Source: an uncultured delta proteobacterium
GTDB lineage: Bacteria > Desulfobacterota > Binatia > HRBIN30 > BPIQ01
Direction: 5' to 3'
Assembly (NCBI GenBank): GCA_963761335.1
Contig: CAVXGR010000016.1
Span: forward strand, 160,001-224,000
Length of the DNA: 64,000 nt
Positions 33,842 through 42,865 of the stretch are shown one piece after another. Each line of letters starts with the position of its first letter. The first letter of the stretch is position 1. Both the position numbers and the translations under genes were made by a program. The notes below the pieces were generated by a model. That model ran no database searches and had not been told where the DNA came from. It was given only the letters and a program-made list of their open reading frames with translations.

Positions 33842-33873
33842 AAGGCCGGGGTGAGAGCCCCGGCCTTTTTTTT
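33842..33873 (+). terminator. Rho-independent terminator closing the four-paralog operon
   Basis: AAGGCCGGGG-tgagag-CCCCGGCCTT perfect stem running into a T8 tract. Confidence 0.9.
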
Positions 33874-33958
33874 GCGTGTCTGTCCAATTTTGACGCATTG
33901 GTGGCGGCTATTTTGTGAGGCCCCATGCGTAATCGCCCTTTGTAGGACTGCCGAAGGA

Positions 33959-33974
33959 TGGCATGTGACTTGCC
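33959..33974 (+). promoter_or_regulatory. Sigma-54 (-24/-12) promoter of the response regulator
   Basis: TGGCAT-GTGAC-TTGCC with exact GG-N10-GC spacing, 40 bp before the ATG. Confidence 0.7.
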
Positions 33975-34014
33975 TAACCGTTGGAGGGAGACTTCCCTTG
34001 GGGGCGGAGGGTGC

Positions 34015-34425
34015 ATGGAAAAGAAGAAGATTCTGGTCGTCGAGGACAACGTGGACAATCGCAGTATCCTTGTGTATCGCCTGCGGCGCATCGGGGATTT
34101 TGAAGTAGTCGAGGCAGCAAATGGGGCAGAGGCGGTGGCGATGGTCGGGGAGGAGCGGCCGCATCTGATCTTCATGGATCTCAAGATGCCCGTCATGGAT
34201 GGATGGGAAGCCACTCGCCGCATTCGCCTCGACCCGGTAGGGCAGTCAATTCCAATTATCGCCCTCACCGCGCAGGCGATGGCCGGCGACGAGCAGAAGG
34301 CCATCTCCGCGGGATGCGACGACTATCTGGCCAAGCCGATCGTGGATCCGTCCCTGGTGAAGGCAAAGGTCGAGCACTGGCTTGCCAGCGGGCGCTCCGC
34401 GTCCACTCGAGAAGAAGCTCCGTAA
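34015..34425 (+). CDS. Single-domain response regulator (DivK/CheY-like)
   Basis: ILVVEDN, FMDLKMPVMDG, ALTA, AGCDDYLAKP. Confidence 0.93.
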   Translation: MEKKKILVVEDNVDNRSILVYRLRRIGDFEVVEAANGAEAVAMVGEERPHLIFMDLKMPVMDGWEATRRIRLDPVGQSIPIIALTAQAMAGDEQKAISAGCDDYLAKPIVDPSLVKAKVEHWLASGRSASTREEAP

Positions 34426-34544
34426 CGCCACTGATCTCTATTTTCAGCTGCGGCAAAAGAGCCTCTTCGGCGTGCCTGAGGCTGTGAGCCAGGGCGGGCC
34501 TTGTGCTGCGAGCCCCGCCGCTCTAAAAGAGGCCGCACGCCCCC

Positions 34545-37214
34545 GTGCCGTACCGCCGCCGTATCGCCATTTGGAGACTGTTGCTTGCCTGCTTTGCTGG
34601 GGCCTATGCGCTTCCTCAGGCGACCTCTGCGGCAACCTCTTCGACCTCCGGGGGGGTGCTGACGGAAGCACTGGAGTCGCTGTTCGGCGATGGTTCGTGC
34701 GTCTCCTGTGACCTCAACGGCGACGGCCTTCTGAGCGCCGCAGACGTGACGGCGGCCATGCTGTCGCTGGTGGTCCCAACGCCGACGCCGACGGCCACGG
34801 CGAGTGTGACACCGCCAGCTGCGACGCCGTCGCCCACAGCCGCAGTGCCGACGCGGACAGCCACGGCTACCTCCTTGGCGACGTTGACTCCGGGAGGCGC
34901 GACGGAGACGGCAACAGTGGGGTCACTGACAGCAACGGCAACGCGCGTGCCGCCGCCGACCGCAAGCAGCTCGGCTACACCGGCCATGGCAACGCCGAGC
35001 GGGACGCCGACGGCGACCGTTGACTCCTCCACGCCGAGAGAATCGCCCACGACCGAGGTGCGGACCCGCAGCCCGACGGCATCAGCGACGCCGTCGCGGT
35101 CGCCCACGATCGCCGAGCCCACGGAGACCGCGAGCGCAACTCCGTCATCGACTGCTTCGGTTCAACCGTCCCTTACCGAGGTTCCCAGCGCTGTGCCGAC
35201 GGCAACCGCGACAGCCGAGGAAAAAGGGTCGCCGACCATCAGGCCTACGGTGACCCCGGTCTTTTCCCTGTACACGGCAACTCCAGGAAGCGCTGCGACG
35301 CCGACCTATCCACCGCCGTCGGCAACCGCCACGGGGATTTCGGCGACGCCCACGTTCAGCCCCTCGCCGGGCTGGACGGCGAGCCCGCTTGCGACGTCCA
35401 CGCCGGTGCCGACCTTGACGGCCAGTCCGACGCAATCCAGCACCTCAACCGCATCCGCCACGCCGACAAGCAGCGCCAGTCCAACCCGGTCTCCCAGCTC
35501 GACCGTTTCGGCCAGCCCGACGGCGACGGCAACGCCTTCGGCGACGCTGCGCCCCGGCGATCCGACCTTCACGCGGACGCACACCCCCACGGTGACGCTG
35601 AGCCCGACGCGGAGCGCTACCCCAACCCGCAGCAGCACGCCCACTCGCTCGCCCAGCGAAACTCCCACGGAGACGCCGACGCGCACGCAGACGGCGACGC
35701 GCACACCGACGCGAACGCGTACGCCCACGAAGACAGCCAGCGCGACGCGCACGCAGACGCCGACATGGACCCCGACCAGCACGCCGACTGAGACGCCGAC
35801 GCCGACGCCGACGCGCAGCTTCACGCCGACGCGCACGCTGACGCCGACACACACGGTGACGCCGACGCGCACGGTGACGCCGACGCGCACGCTGACCGCA
35901 ACCGTCACGGCTACCGAGACGCCCTCTCCGAGGCCGAGCTCGACGCCGACGGCGACACCGAGCGCGACGGCTACCGCGAGCCGGACGACAACGCCGAGTC
36001 TTACGGTGACCGCGAGCGCCACGGAGACGGCGAGCGCATCGCCGAGCTCGACAGCCTCCCTGACTCCCAGCGTTACAGGGACGCCGACGCGTACGGCAAC
36101 GGGACAGCCGAGCGCCAGCCCCAGCGGGACGGCGAGCCGGTCGCCGACGCCGCTGTTCACGCCCACCGCCCCACCGACCGCCAGCGTGACGACGACGTCT
36201 CAGACGGTTACGCCGACCGTCTCATGGACGGCGACTCCGGTGCTGACTGCCAGCCCTGCGGCGACGCGCACGGCGTCGGCGAGCGCCACGGCTACCGGAC
36301 CGGCATCCACGCCGACGCTGGGGCCGTCGGCGACCGCAAGCGCCAGCGCCTCACCGACGAGCTCGAGTACCGCCTCGGCGACGCCGACGGCCACCTCCTC
36401 ACCGACGCGGACGCCGACGGCGACGAGCACCCGTACACCGACGCGCACCCTGACGTCGACGAATACGCCTTCGCCGTCACGGACGCCCACGTCGACGCCG
36501 ACGTCGACAGCGACCGTGACGCCAACGCGGACGGTGACCCCGACGCGCACGGCCACGCCCACTCGCACCCCCACCGCCACCCGCACGTTCACGCGCTCGG
36601 TCACCCCCACCGCGACGCCTTTGCCCGGAGGCCCGATCATCACGCACTTCGGGCTGGCGGAGACCTCCGAGATCGTGCAGATGCCGAACGGCACCGATGC
36701 CTTCGGCCGGCCCCTCTACTTCAGACCGCTGCCGCGCAATTTTCTCATCGTCGTCGAGGCCAAGCGCGGAGTGAACAACAAGGATCCGGGGAAGGGCGTG
36801 TTCAACAGCGACCTGATGGATCCGAGCGCCCTTCCCGACCTGCAGATCCAGTCGAACCGCCCACTTGGAAACGGCAGCCCGCTGGTGTGTGACAAGGGCG
36901 ACCCGTATCTCGGGGGGGTGCCGGCGATCAGCGCGGGCTGCGACGCGCAGTGCAGGGCGAACGCCTTGAACGATTTCGGCTGCCGCTTCATCGTTCACAG
37001 CAAGTCCGAGGATGCCTGCACGCTCGGTCCCGACGGCCCGCCGGAGCGCTTTGTCGCCAGCGCTACCACCGTGCAGTTCTGCTTCGAGCCGGCGGTGGGC
37101 AGCGAGGTCGGCTTTCCGGAGGGCGATACCGTCCTCACGGTGCGGGTCCGCGACGTCAGCGGCTCCCTGGGGGACCCGGCGGAAATCACGGTGCGTGTTC
37201 CACCGCAGCAGTGA
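34545..37214 (+). CDS. Secreted Thr/Pro-rich stalk protein 2
   Basis: Signal peptide; [13 protein letters not shown]; about 615-aa T/P/S linker; shared C-domain (GGPIITHF...PDLQIQ...[10 protein letters not shown]). Confidence 0.85.
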   Translation: MPYRRRIAIWRLLLACFAGAYALPQATSAATSSTSGGVLTEALESLFGDGSCVSCDLNGDGLLSAADVTAAMLSLVVPTPTPTATASVTPPAATPSPTAAVPTRTATATSLATLTPGGATETATVGSLTATATRVPPPTASSSATPAMATPSGTPTATVDSSTPRESPTTEVRTRSPTASATPSRSPTIAEPTETASATPSSTASVQPSLTEVPSAVPTATATAEEKGSPTIRPTVTPVFSLYTATPGSAATPTYPPPSATATGISATPTFSPSPGWTASPLATSTPVPTLTASPTQSSTSTASATPTSSASPTRSPSSTVSASPTATATPSATLRPGDPTFTRTHTPTVTLSPTRSATPTRSSTPTRSPSETPTETPTRTQTATRTPTRTRTPTKTASATRTQTPTWTPTSTPTETPTPTPTRSFTPTRTLTPTHTVTPTRTVTPTRTLTATVTATETPSPRPSSTPTATPSATATASRTTTPSLTVTASATETASASPSSTASLTPSVTGTPTRTATGQPSASPSGTASRSPTPLFTPTAPPTASVTTTSQTVTPTVSWTATPVLTASPAATRTASASATATGPASTPTLGPSATASASASPTSSSTASATPTATSSPTRTPTATSTRTPTRTLTSTNTPSPSRTPTSTPTSTATVTPTRTVTPTRTATPTRTPTATRTFTRSVTPTATPLPGGPIITHFGLAETSEIVQMPNGTDAFGRPLYFRPLPRNFLIVVEAKRGVNNKDPGKGVFNSDLMDPSALPDLQIQSNRPLGNGSPLVCDKGDPYLGGVPAISAGCDAQCRANALNDFGCRFIVHSKSEDACTLGPDGPPERFVASATTVQFCFEPAVGSEVGFPEGDTVLTVRVRDVSGSLGDPAEITVRVPPQQ

Positions 37215-37272
37215 GCGCGAAATTCGGCTCTTGTGCTGTGGTCGCAGAGGATCTAAAAGGTCCGCGCAGCTC

Positions 37273-38982
37273 GTGATCCATTCCAGAAAGGCAGGGGGCC
37301 GTCTCGTGGTCGCAGCGGCCGCCGGCCTGATCTGCGCGCTGCCTGCCATCGGCTTGGCCGTCTGCGCGCCGTCCCCAACCATTCTCTCGGCGGTGGTCGG
37401 GTCGATATTCGACGGCGCGGCGTGCAGCGACTGCGATCAGAACTGCGACGAGCGCATCAGCGCCGCCGACGTGATCGCCTTGTCGCGCCGAGCGACATTG
37501 CCGACGCCGACGCCGACACCAACTGGGGTGACGTCTCCGAGCTCCACCAGCACGCCGACGGGCAGTGGCCATACGCCCACGAGAACGAAGACGGCGGTGA
37601 TCGAGGCAACGCCGACCGCTTCGCACGGCGTGCCGGAAACGGCGACGCCGACGCGCACCTCGACGCGGACCTCGACTGTGCCTCCCGGAAGCCCGACAAT
37701 TCCCGTCACGCCGCCGCCGACGGCGACGGCCACGCGCTCGCCGACGCTCGGGGCCACGGCGTCCCCGACGGAGTCGCCATCACCCTCGGCGACGCCGACG
37801 CGAACCGTACCGCGGTCCCCGAGCCGAACGCCGACGAACACTCTGACGCCGACGCGGACGCGCATTTTCACCTTCACCCCGACGCCCACATTGACGCGCA
37901 CGGCGTCGCGAACGGCCACCTCGACGCGCACTCCGACGCCATCGCGGACGCCCACCTTGTCGAGCACGCCGACGCGGACGCGGACGGCCACCGCGACGCG
38001 GACACTCACGCGGACGGCCACCTCATCGCCTACGTGGTCGCCGACGCGGACGCGGACGGCGACCATCACCCCGAGCTCCACCCGCACCCTGTCACCGACT
38101 CGGACGCCGCTGCAGTCCTCCACTCCCACATCCTCCCGCACGCCGACAAACCCGCCCGGGCCGAGCTTCACGCCGACGCTGACGCCGACAGTTACCCAGA
38201 CCCCATCGCCCAGCGCCACTGGGCTTCCGAGTGCGACGCGCACAGCTACCTCGACGCTGACGCCGACGTCGACCCAGACGGCGGCGCCGACGCGGACATT
38301 CACCAGGACCGCAACCCCGACGCGCACGAGTACGGCGACGCGCACGGCGACGGTGACCCGCACGCCGACCCCGTCGCCGACGGCGACGGCGACCCCGCTA
38401 CCGGGAGGGCCGGTGGTGACCTACTTCGGCATCGCGGAGACCAGCGGGGTGGTCACCGCTCCGACGGGCACCGATGCCTTCAGCCGCCCGATCTATACGC
38501 GCGAGCAGCCGCGGAACTTCCTGATCGTGGTCGAGGCGAAGCGCGGGCCGAACAACCTGAACGTGGGCTCTAACGTGTTCAATTACATTGCCGGGGATGC
38601 CGATGCCCGCCCGGACCTGCAGATCCAGTCGGACCGCAACCTGGGGGATGGCAGCAGCGCGGTGTGCGACAGCCGGGAGCCGACCCTGGGAGGAGTCCCC
38701 GGCATCGGAGCGAGCTGCGATCCCGTCTGTGCGGCGGCGGCGCTCAACGACTTCGCCTGCCGATTCGTGGTGCACACGCGGACGGACGAAGCCTGCACGC
38801 TGAGCTCTGGCACCGGCCTGGAGAGCTACGTCTCTTCTCAGTCGGTGGTGCAGTTCTGCTTCGAGCCGTCCGTGGGTGCCGAGGTCGCTTTCCCGCCGGG
38901 CGATACGGTGCTCACGGTGCGCGTGCGCAATGTCAGCGGCGGTCTCGGCGACCCCCGTCAAATCGTCGTCCGAGTTCCCTGA
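37273..38982 (+). CDS. Secreted Thr/Pro-rich stalk protein 3 (start uncertain)
   Basis: Hydrophobic leader; CDQNCDERISAAD; about 300-aa T/P/R linker; shared C-domain. Confidence 0.82.
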   Translation: MIHSRKAGGRLVVAAAAGLICALPAIGLAVCAPSPTILSAVVGSIFDGAACSDCDQNCDERISAADVIALSRRATLPTPTPTPTGVTSPSSTSTPTGSGHTPTRTKTAVIEATPTASHGVPETATPTRTSTRTSTVPPGSPTIPVTPPPTATATRSPTLGATASPTESPSPSATPTRTVPRSPSRTPTNTLTPTRTRIFTFTPTPTLTRTASRTATSTRTPTPSRTPTLSSTPTRTRTATATRTLTRTATSSPTWSPTRTRTATITPSSTRTLSPTRTPLQSSTPTSSRTPTNPPGPSFTPTLTPTVTQTPSPSATGLPSATRTATSTLTPTSTQTAAPTRTFTRTATPTRTSTATRTATVTRTPTPSPTATATPLPGGPVVTYFGIAETSGVVTAPTGTDAFSRPIYTREQPRNFLIVVEAKRGPNNLNVGSNVFNYIAGDADARPDLQIQSDRNLGDGSSAVCDSREPTLGGVPGIGASCDPVCAAAALNDFACRFVVHTRTDEACTLSSGTGLESYVSSQSVVQFCFEPSVGAEVAFPPGDTVLTVRVRNVSGGLGDPRQIVVRVP

Positions 38983-39019
38983 GCTCGCGACAAGCCGCCC
39001 ACGGGCGCGCCGTCGGCGC

Positions 39020-39343
39020 TCAGCGCCCTGGGCTCGAGGGGGAGGCAGCGGTATGCAGCTGGCGGCGATCCTTCGCGGTGCTGGCCGACCAAGCTCTGAC
39101 GACGGAGTGAAGGATGCCGAGCACGAAGGCGGCGATCACGGCTCCGATCAGGCTTGAGAGCAAGTGGTAGTCGAACAACTTCGGTCCGATGTCGATGCCG
39201 ATCCACGGCTCGATGTAGATGCCGAGAGCCCCGGCACCCAAAGTCATGATCAGAGTGTCCTCGACTTTGAGCAGCCAGCAAGCGATCGAGCCGCAGAAGA
39301 TGGCCGTGAGGAACAGCTCTGTCAGCAGCCGGGATTCCGCCAC
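39020..39343 (-). CDS. Small membrane protein (GlsB/YeaQ/YmgE-like)
   Basis: Three hydrophobic segments, GSIACWL and SSLIGAVI; GGAGG RBS. Confidence 0.6.
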   Translation of the reverse strand: MAESRLLTELFLTAIFCGSIACWLLKVEDTLIMTLGAGALGIYIEPWIGIDIGPKLFDYHLLSSLIGAVIAAFVLGILHSVVRAWSASTAKDRRQLHTAASPSSPGR

Positions 39344-39373
39344 GCTTCATTCCCTCCAAGGGCCGTAGTGGCG

Positions 39374-39389
39374 AGCAGGATCGATGCCA
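39374..39389 (-). promoter_or_regulatory. Possible sigma-54 promoter of the small membrane protein gene
   Basis: TGGCAT-CGATC-CTGCT with GG-N10-GC spacing, just upstream of the RBS. Confidence 0.55.
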
Positions 39390-39533
39390 TGGAATTTGCT
39401 CCCCAGAAGTACCTGGGCACTGGCCAGATGGGCGTCTGCCGCGCAGGCCCGATGAAACTGTTCAAGATTCGGCAGCGAGTGGCAGCTTCATGACTGTGAG
39501 AATGTGCAATCGGGCAGGGTGGCCGGTGCTCGT

Positions 39534-39791
39534 TCAGTGGTTGATGGACACAGGTTCCCGGTTGCCGTTCTCGCCGCCGGCGTTGGCGGTTTCTGTGTCG
39601 TCCAGCTGGACGCCGTGTTTCCGCGCGAATTCGGAAATCGTCGATCTTGCCAGCTTACTCGGGCGAAAGCGGCCGTTCTCCCATCGGTTCACGGTGCCGA
39701 CGGTGATACCGAGAGCGTGTGCCAGCTCTTCCTGCGTCATGCCGAGCTTGCCTCTGAGGCGCCGGATGACGGAAGCCATTTGCTCATGCAT
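39534..39791 (-). CDS. XRE/Cro-family helix-turn-helix regulator
   Basis: IRRLRGKLGMTQEELAHALGITVGTVNRWENGRFRPS; AGGAGG RBS. Confidence 0.92.
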   Translation of the reverse strand: MHEQMASVIRRLRGKLGMTQEELAHALGITVGTVNRWENGRFRPSKLARSTISEFARKHGVQLDDTETANAGGENGNREPVSINH

Positions 39792-39835
39792 TGTTCTAGA
39801 ATCCTCCTGAAGCCCAATACCTGGCTATCTCCCAG

Positions 39836-39870
39836 AGCAAGCGATATGCCACGTTATGAGAGCATATCGC
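39836..39870 (-). promoter_or_regulatory. Sigma-54 promoter of the XRE gene overlapped by a 9-bp inverted repeat
   Basis: TGGCAT-ATCGC-TTGCT at 39851-39836; GCGATATGC-N12-GCATATCGC at 39841-39870. Confidence 0.7.
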
Positions 39871-39996
39871 CGGTCTTTCTCCGCAATGGCGTGGCTGGAA
39901 AGGGAATGCCGGAACGCGACACTGGATTCCACATCAGCAGACTTGTGACATAACAATGACGTTGACTTGAGCGCCCGGCTTGTCATTGTAGGGGCA

Positions 39997-40638
39997 ATGA
40001 TCAGGCGGCTGTCGCGGGGGCTGTTGTTCGCGGTCGTCCTGCTGAGTGCGGCTGGACCGGCCAAGGCCTGGCTCAGCCCTTCGAGGGCGCCGGCGATGGT
40101 GCCGATTCCCCTGCCTCAGCTGGTGATCGGCAGTGGCCCCGACGGGATCTACAGCTGGGAAGACGTGCTCCGCAGTGGCACCTTTCGGTTTGTCAAGAAC
40201 ATCCGCCGGTGGTCGGTGCGCATGGGGCACTACCTCCACCGCACGGCGGAGAGCTGGCTGGACTGGCTCGCCACCGCCCTACTGCTGCTGGTGGCAGGCG
40301 GCCTCACCTCGGCCATCGATCTCCGCCTGCTGCAAGTCTGGCGCCGGGAGGGCTGGTGGCACGCCTGCAGGTATGCGGTGATCGGCGGCGCCGTCTTCTT
40401 CCGTCTCCTGCGCACGCGCCGCGCTCCATCCCTGCCGCGGCTTGCCGTGGTGGCGGCGCTGATCTATGGCGTCGTGCCCGGCGACCTGATTTCCGACAAG
40501 GCGAGCATCCTTGGATGGGCCGACGACCTGCTGCTCGTCAGTCTCGCGGCGCGCTGGTACGTCAGCCGCTGCCCGGATCGCCTGGTCGAAGGGACTGCGG
40601 CCTACGTGCGGCACCGCGCCGAGGTTGCCTCGTCATAG
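39997..40638 (+). CDS. DUF1232/YkvA family membrane protein with N-terminal extension
   Basis: AALIYGVVPGDLISD...LGWADD motif. Confidence 0.8.
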   Translation: MIRRLSRGLLFAVVLLSAAGPAKAWLSPSRAPAMVPIPLPQLVIGSGPDGIYSWEDVLRSGTFRFVKNIRRWSVRMGHYLHRTAESWLDWLATALLLLVAGGLTSAIDLRLLQVWRREGWWHACRYAVIGGAVFFRLLRTRRAPSLPRLAVVAALIYGVVPGDLISDKASILGWADDLLLVSLAARWYVSRCPDRLVEGTAAYVRHRAEVASS

Positions 40639-40695
40639 GGGAGGGGCTCGCAGGAGCACTCACCTCTCCGAAGCCGCGCGTGTTGCCGCAGGCGA

Positions 40696-41139
40696 TCAGC
40701 CGGGGGCGTTCTTGGGCGGCGGACCGCTCTCGATTCGCTTCGGCAAGCTGGCGGCCTCGTCTCCCTGTGGTCGGACGCTGTCGTCGCTGAGGCTCACCAG
40801 CCACACCGCCAACCGCTTCTTCCCCTCCTCGGTCCACAGCAGCGTCACCTCGTACTCCGGGCCCTCGCGCTGTAGAGCGTCCCAGCTGAACTCGCCGACG
40901 AAGACGTCGTTTTCCTTCGCCTTCAGCGAATAGCCGCGGATCATGTCGTACAGGGTATCTTTGCCGGTGGGCTTGTAGTTCTTCACCAGGTCGATTGCGT
41001 CGGCCTTCTTGTCGGCCCAGCGCTCGCCGACGATCAACGGCGCGCCGACGTACCAGGCGAAGCCGATCGCGAATGCAGCCAGTGCTCCCCAGCCGATGAT
41101 CGGCCCCAAGATGCCTTCGTGTTCTTCTTCCTCACTCAT
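40696..41139 (-). CDS. Hypothetical single-pass membrane protein
   Basis: GAGGAGG RBS, acidic N-terminus, one TM, typical codon usage. Confidence 0.7.
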   Translation of the reverse strand: MSEEEEHEGILGPIIGWGALAAFAIGFAWYVGAPLIVGERWADKKADAIDLVKNYKPTGKDTLYDMIRGYSLKAKENDVFVGEFSWDALQREGPEYEVTLLWTEEGKKRLAVWLVSLSDDSVRPQGDEAASLPKRIESGPPPKNAPG

Positions 41140-41382
41140 CGCTTCCCTCCTCGGAGTGGTCGTGCTCGCTCCTCGGCTCGATCGGGTGAACTGACGTATG
41201 CACGTCTGCCGGCAGGCACTTCGGGGGCTTCTAACCGAAAGCCCCCAATGAGGCAAATGCCGGTGCCGAAGTCGACGCTGCGAGGACAGAATTGAACGCG
41301 GGGGCTCGTCCGGGGCGGGGCGGCGCTCCGGCTGGCAGCTAGTTTCGAATGTCGAGGAGGAACGGCTGAGGTGCAGGTCAGT

Positions 41383-41398
41383 TGGCATGTGTGTTGCT
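41383..41398 (+). promoter_or_regulatory. Sigma-54 promoter of the two-component operon
   Basis: (T)TGGCAT-GTGTG-TTGCT with GG-N10-GC spacing, 27 bp before the ATG. Confidence 0.72.
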
Positions 41399-41425
41399 CA
41401 GCGGGCAGGGACGCAAAGGCGTAGA

Positions 41426-42865
41426 ATGGAGACGATCGCCACGGAGCTGCTGTGCGGATTCGACCGGGAGAGTCGTGAGCTGGTCCGCAGCCGCGCGGAA
41501 ATCGCGGCGTGGTTGGCGCTGATCCTGGTGCCCGTGTTCGGCGTCACGGACTACTTTCTCTATCCGACTCACTTTGCGGCGCTGATGTCGCTGAGAATGG
41601 CGTCGGTCGGCTGCAGCGCGGCGATCCTGGTTCTCCTGCGAACCTCCATGGGCTCCCGCTATCCAGCGTATCTGACGATGCTGCTGGCTGCAGAGGTGGG
41701 GATGGCGGTGTGTGGCATGCCCGTCTACTACACCGGCTTCCAGACGCCGCACTACGTCACCCTGTCGCTCTTGATCCTGTCGCTCGCCATTCTGATCCCA
41801 TGGTCGCCGCGTCAGTGCGCGGCGCTCTCCGGCGCGCTCGCCTCGATGTATGTGGTCGCCGCGCTGCTGCACGGGCCGATCAGCGACGTGCAGGCCTTCG
41901 TCACCCAGGTCTCTGCGGTAATCGCCGCCGGCTTGATCGCGGTCATCAGCCTTTCGGTCGCCGAGCGTCTGCGGCGCAGCGAGTTCATGAGCCGCGCCGC
42001 CCTGCAGCGAGCCCTGCAAGAGAAGTCGCGGCTGGTCGACGACCTGCGCGAGAAGACGGTGAAGCTCGAGGCTCTGAACCTGGACATGGAAGACCTGCTC
42101 TACGTCGCCTCGCACGACCTGCGGGCCCCGTTGATCAACGTGCAGGGATTCGCCCGCGAGGTGCAGCTGGGGCTCGCCGACCTGCGCGATCAGGGAATCG
42201 CCAACCCGGAGGCGAAAGTCATCTACGACGACATCGAGGAGTCGCTGCGCTTCATTCTGAGTGCCATCAGCCGCATGGACAGCCTGATCGGCTCGCTGCT
42301 CAACGTCTCTCGCATCGCCACCCGCACCAACCCGTCCGAGCAGGTGGCGCTCTCGCCGATGCTCGAGAAGATCGTCGAGTCCTTTCGCTATCAGCTCGAT
42401 CAAAAGCGCATTGAGCTGCGGGTCGGGGGTCTCCCGGCCGTCACCGGCGATGCCGTTCGCCTGAATCAGGTCTTCAGCAACCTGATCGACAACGCCATCA
42501 AGTTCATGGGGGAGAGCCGTCGCCGCTCCATCGAGATTGGGATCCGCAACGGCCACGCCAACGGCAACGGCGACCGCCGGGGCGGTGAGAGGAGCACGGC
42601 GAACGGCGCCGGCAGCCCGATCTTCTTCGTGCGCGACAGCGGCCCGGGCATTCCCGCAGAGAGTCAGGACACAGTGTTTCGCCTGTTCCGGCGGCTCGGG
42701 TCCACGGTTCCCGGGGAAGGGCTGGGCCTGACGATGGTGCGCAAGATCGTCGAGAAGCACGGCGGGCGGATCTGGATCGAATCGTCCCCGGGCGATGGCG
42801 CGAGCTTCTGTTTCACGTTGCGCAGCGGGGGCGATGCCCCGGCGGAGGAGAGACATGACGAGTGA
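41426..42865 (+). CDS. Multi-TM sensor histidine kinase
   Basis: About 5-6 TM helices; ASHDLRAPL H-box; NLIDNAIKF, DSGPG, GEGLGL. Confidence 0.93.
   Translation: METIATELLCGFDRESRELVRSRAEIAAWLALILVPVFGVTDYFLYPTHFAALMSLRMASVGCSAAILVLLRTSMGSRYPAYLTMLLAAEVGMAVCGMPVYYTGFQTPHYVTLSLLILSLAILIPWSPRQCAALSGALASMYVVAALLHGPISDVQAFVTQVSAVIAAGLIAVISLSVAERLRRSEFMSRAALQRALQEKSRLVDDLREKTVKLEALNLDMEDLLYVASHDLRAPLINVQGFAREVQLGLADLRDQGIANPEAKVIYDDIEESLRFILSAISRMDSLIGSLLNVSRIATRTNPSEQVALSPMLEKIVESFRYQLDQKRIELRVGGLPAVTGDAVRLNQVFSNLIDNAIKFMGESRRRSIEIGIRNGHANGNGDRRGGERSTANGAGSPIFFVRDSGPGIPAESQDTVFRLFRRLGSTVPGEGLGLTMVRKIVEKHGGRIWIESSPGDGASFCFTLRSGGDAPAEERHDE

Noticed and set aside
36627..38979. Duplicated C-terminal domains as a DGR template/variable repeat pair
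   Set aside because: Both copies lie in intact ORFs, differences are not adenine-specific, and there is no reverse transcriptase in the window.
39534..39791. XRE gene as a prophage or toxin-antitoxin marker
   Set aside because: No integrase, phage gene or toxin ORF is adjacent.
41252..41268. Fifth sigma-54 motif (CGGCACCGGCATTTGC, minus strand)
   Set aside because: GG-to-GC spacing is 11 rather than the required 10.
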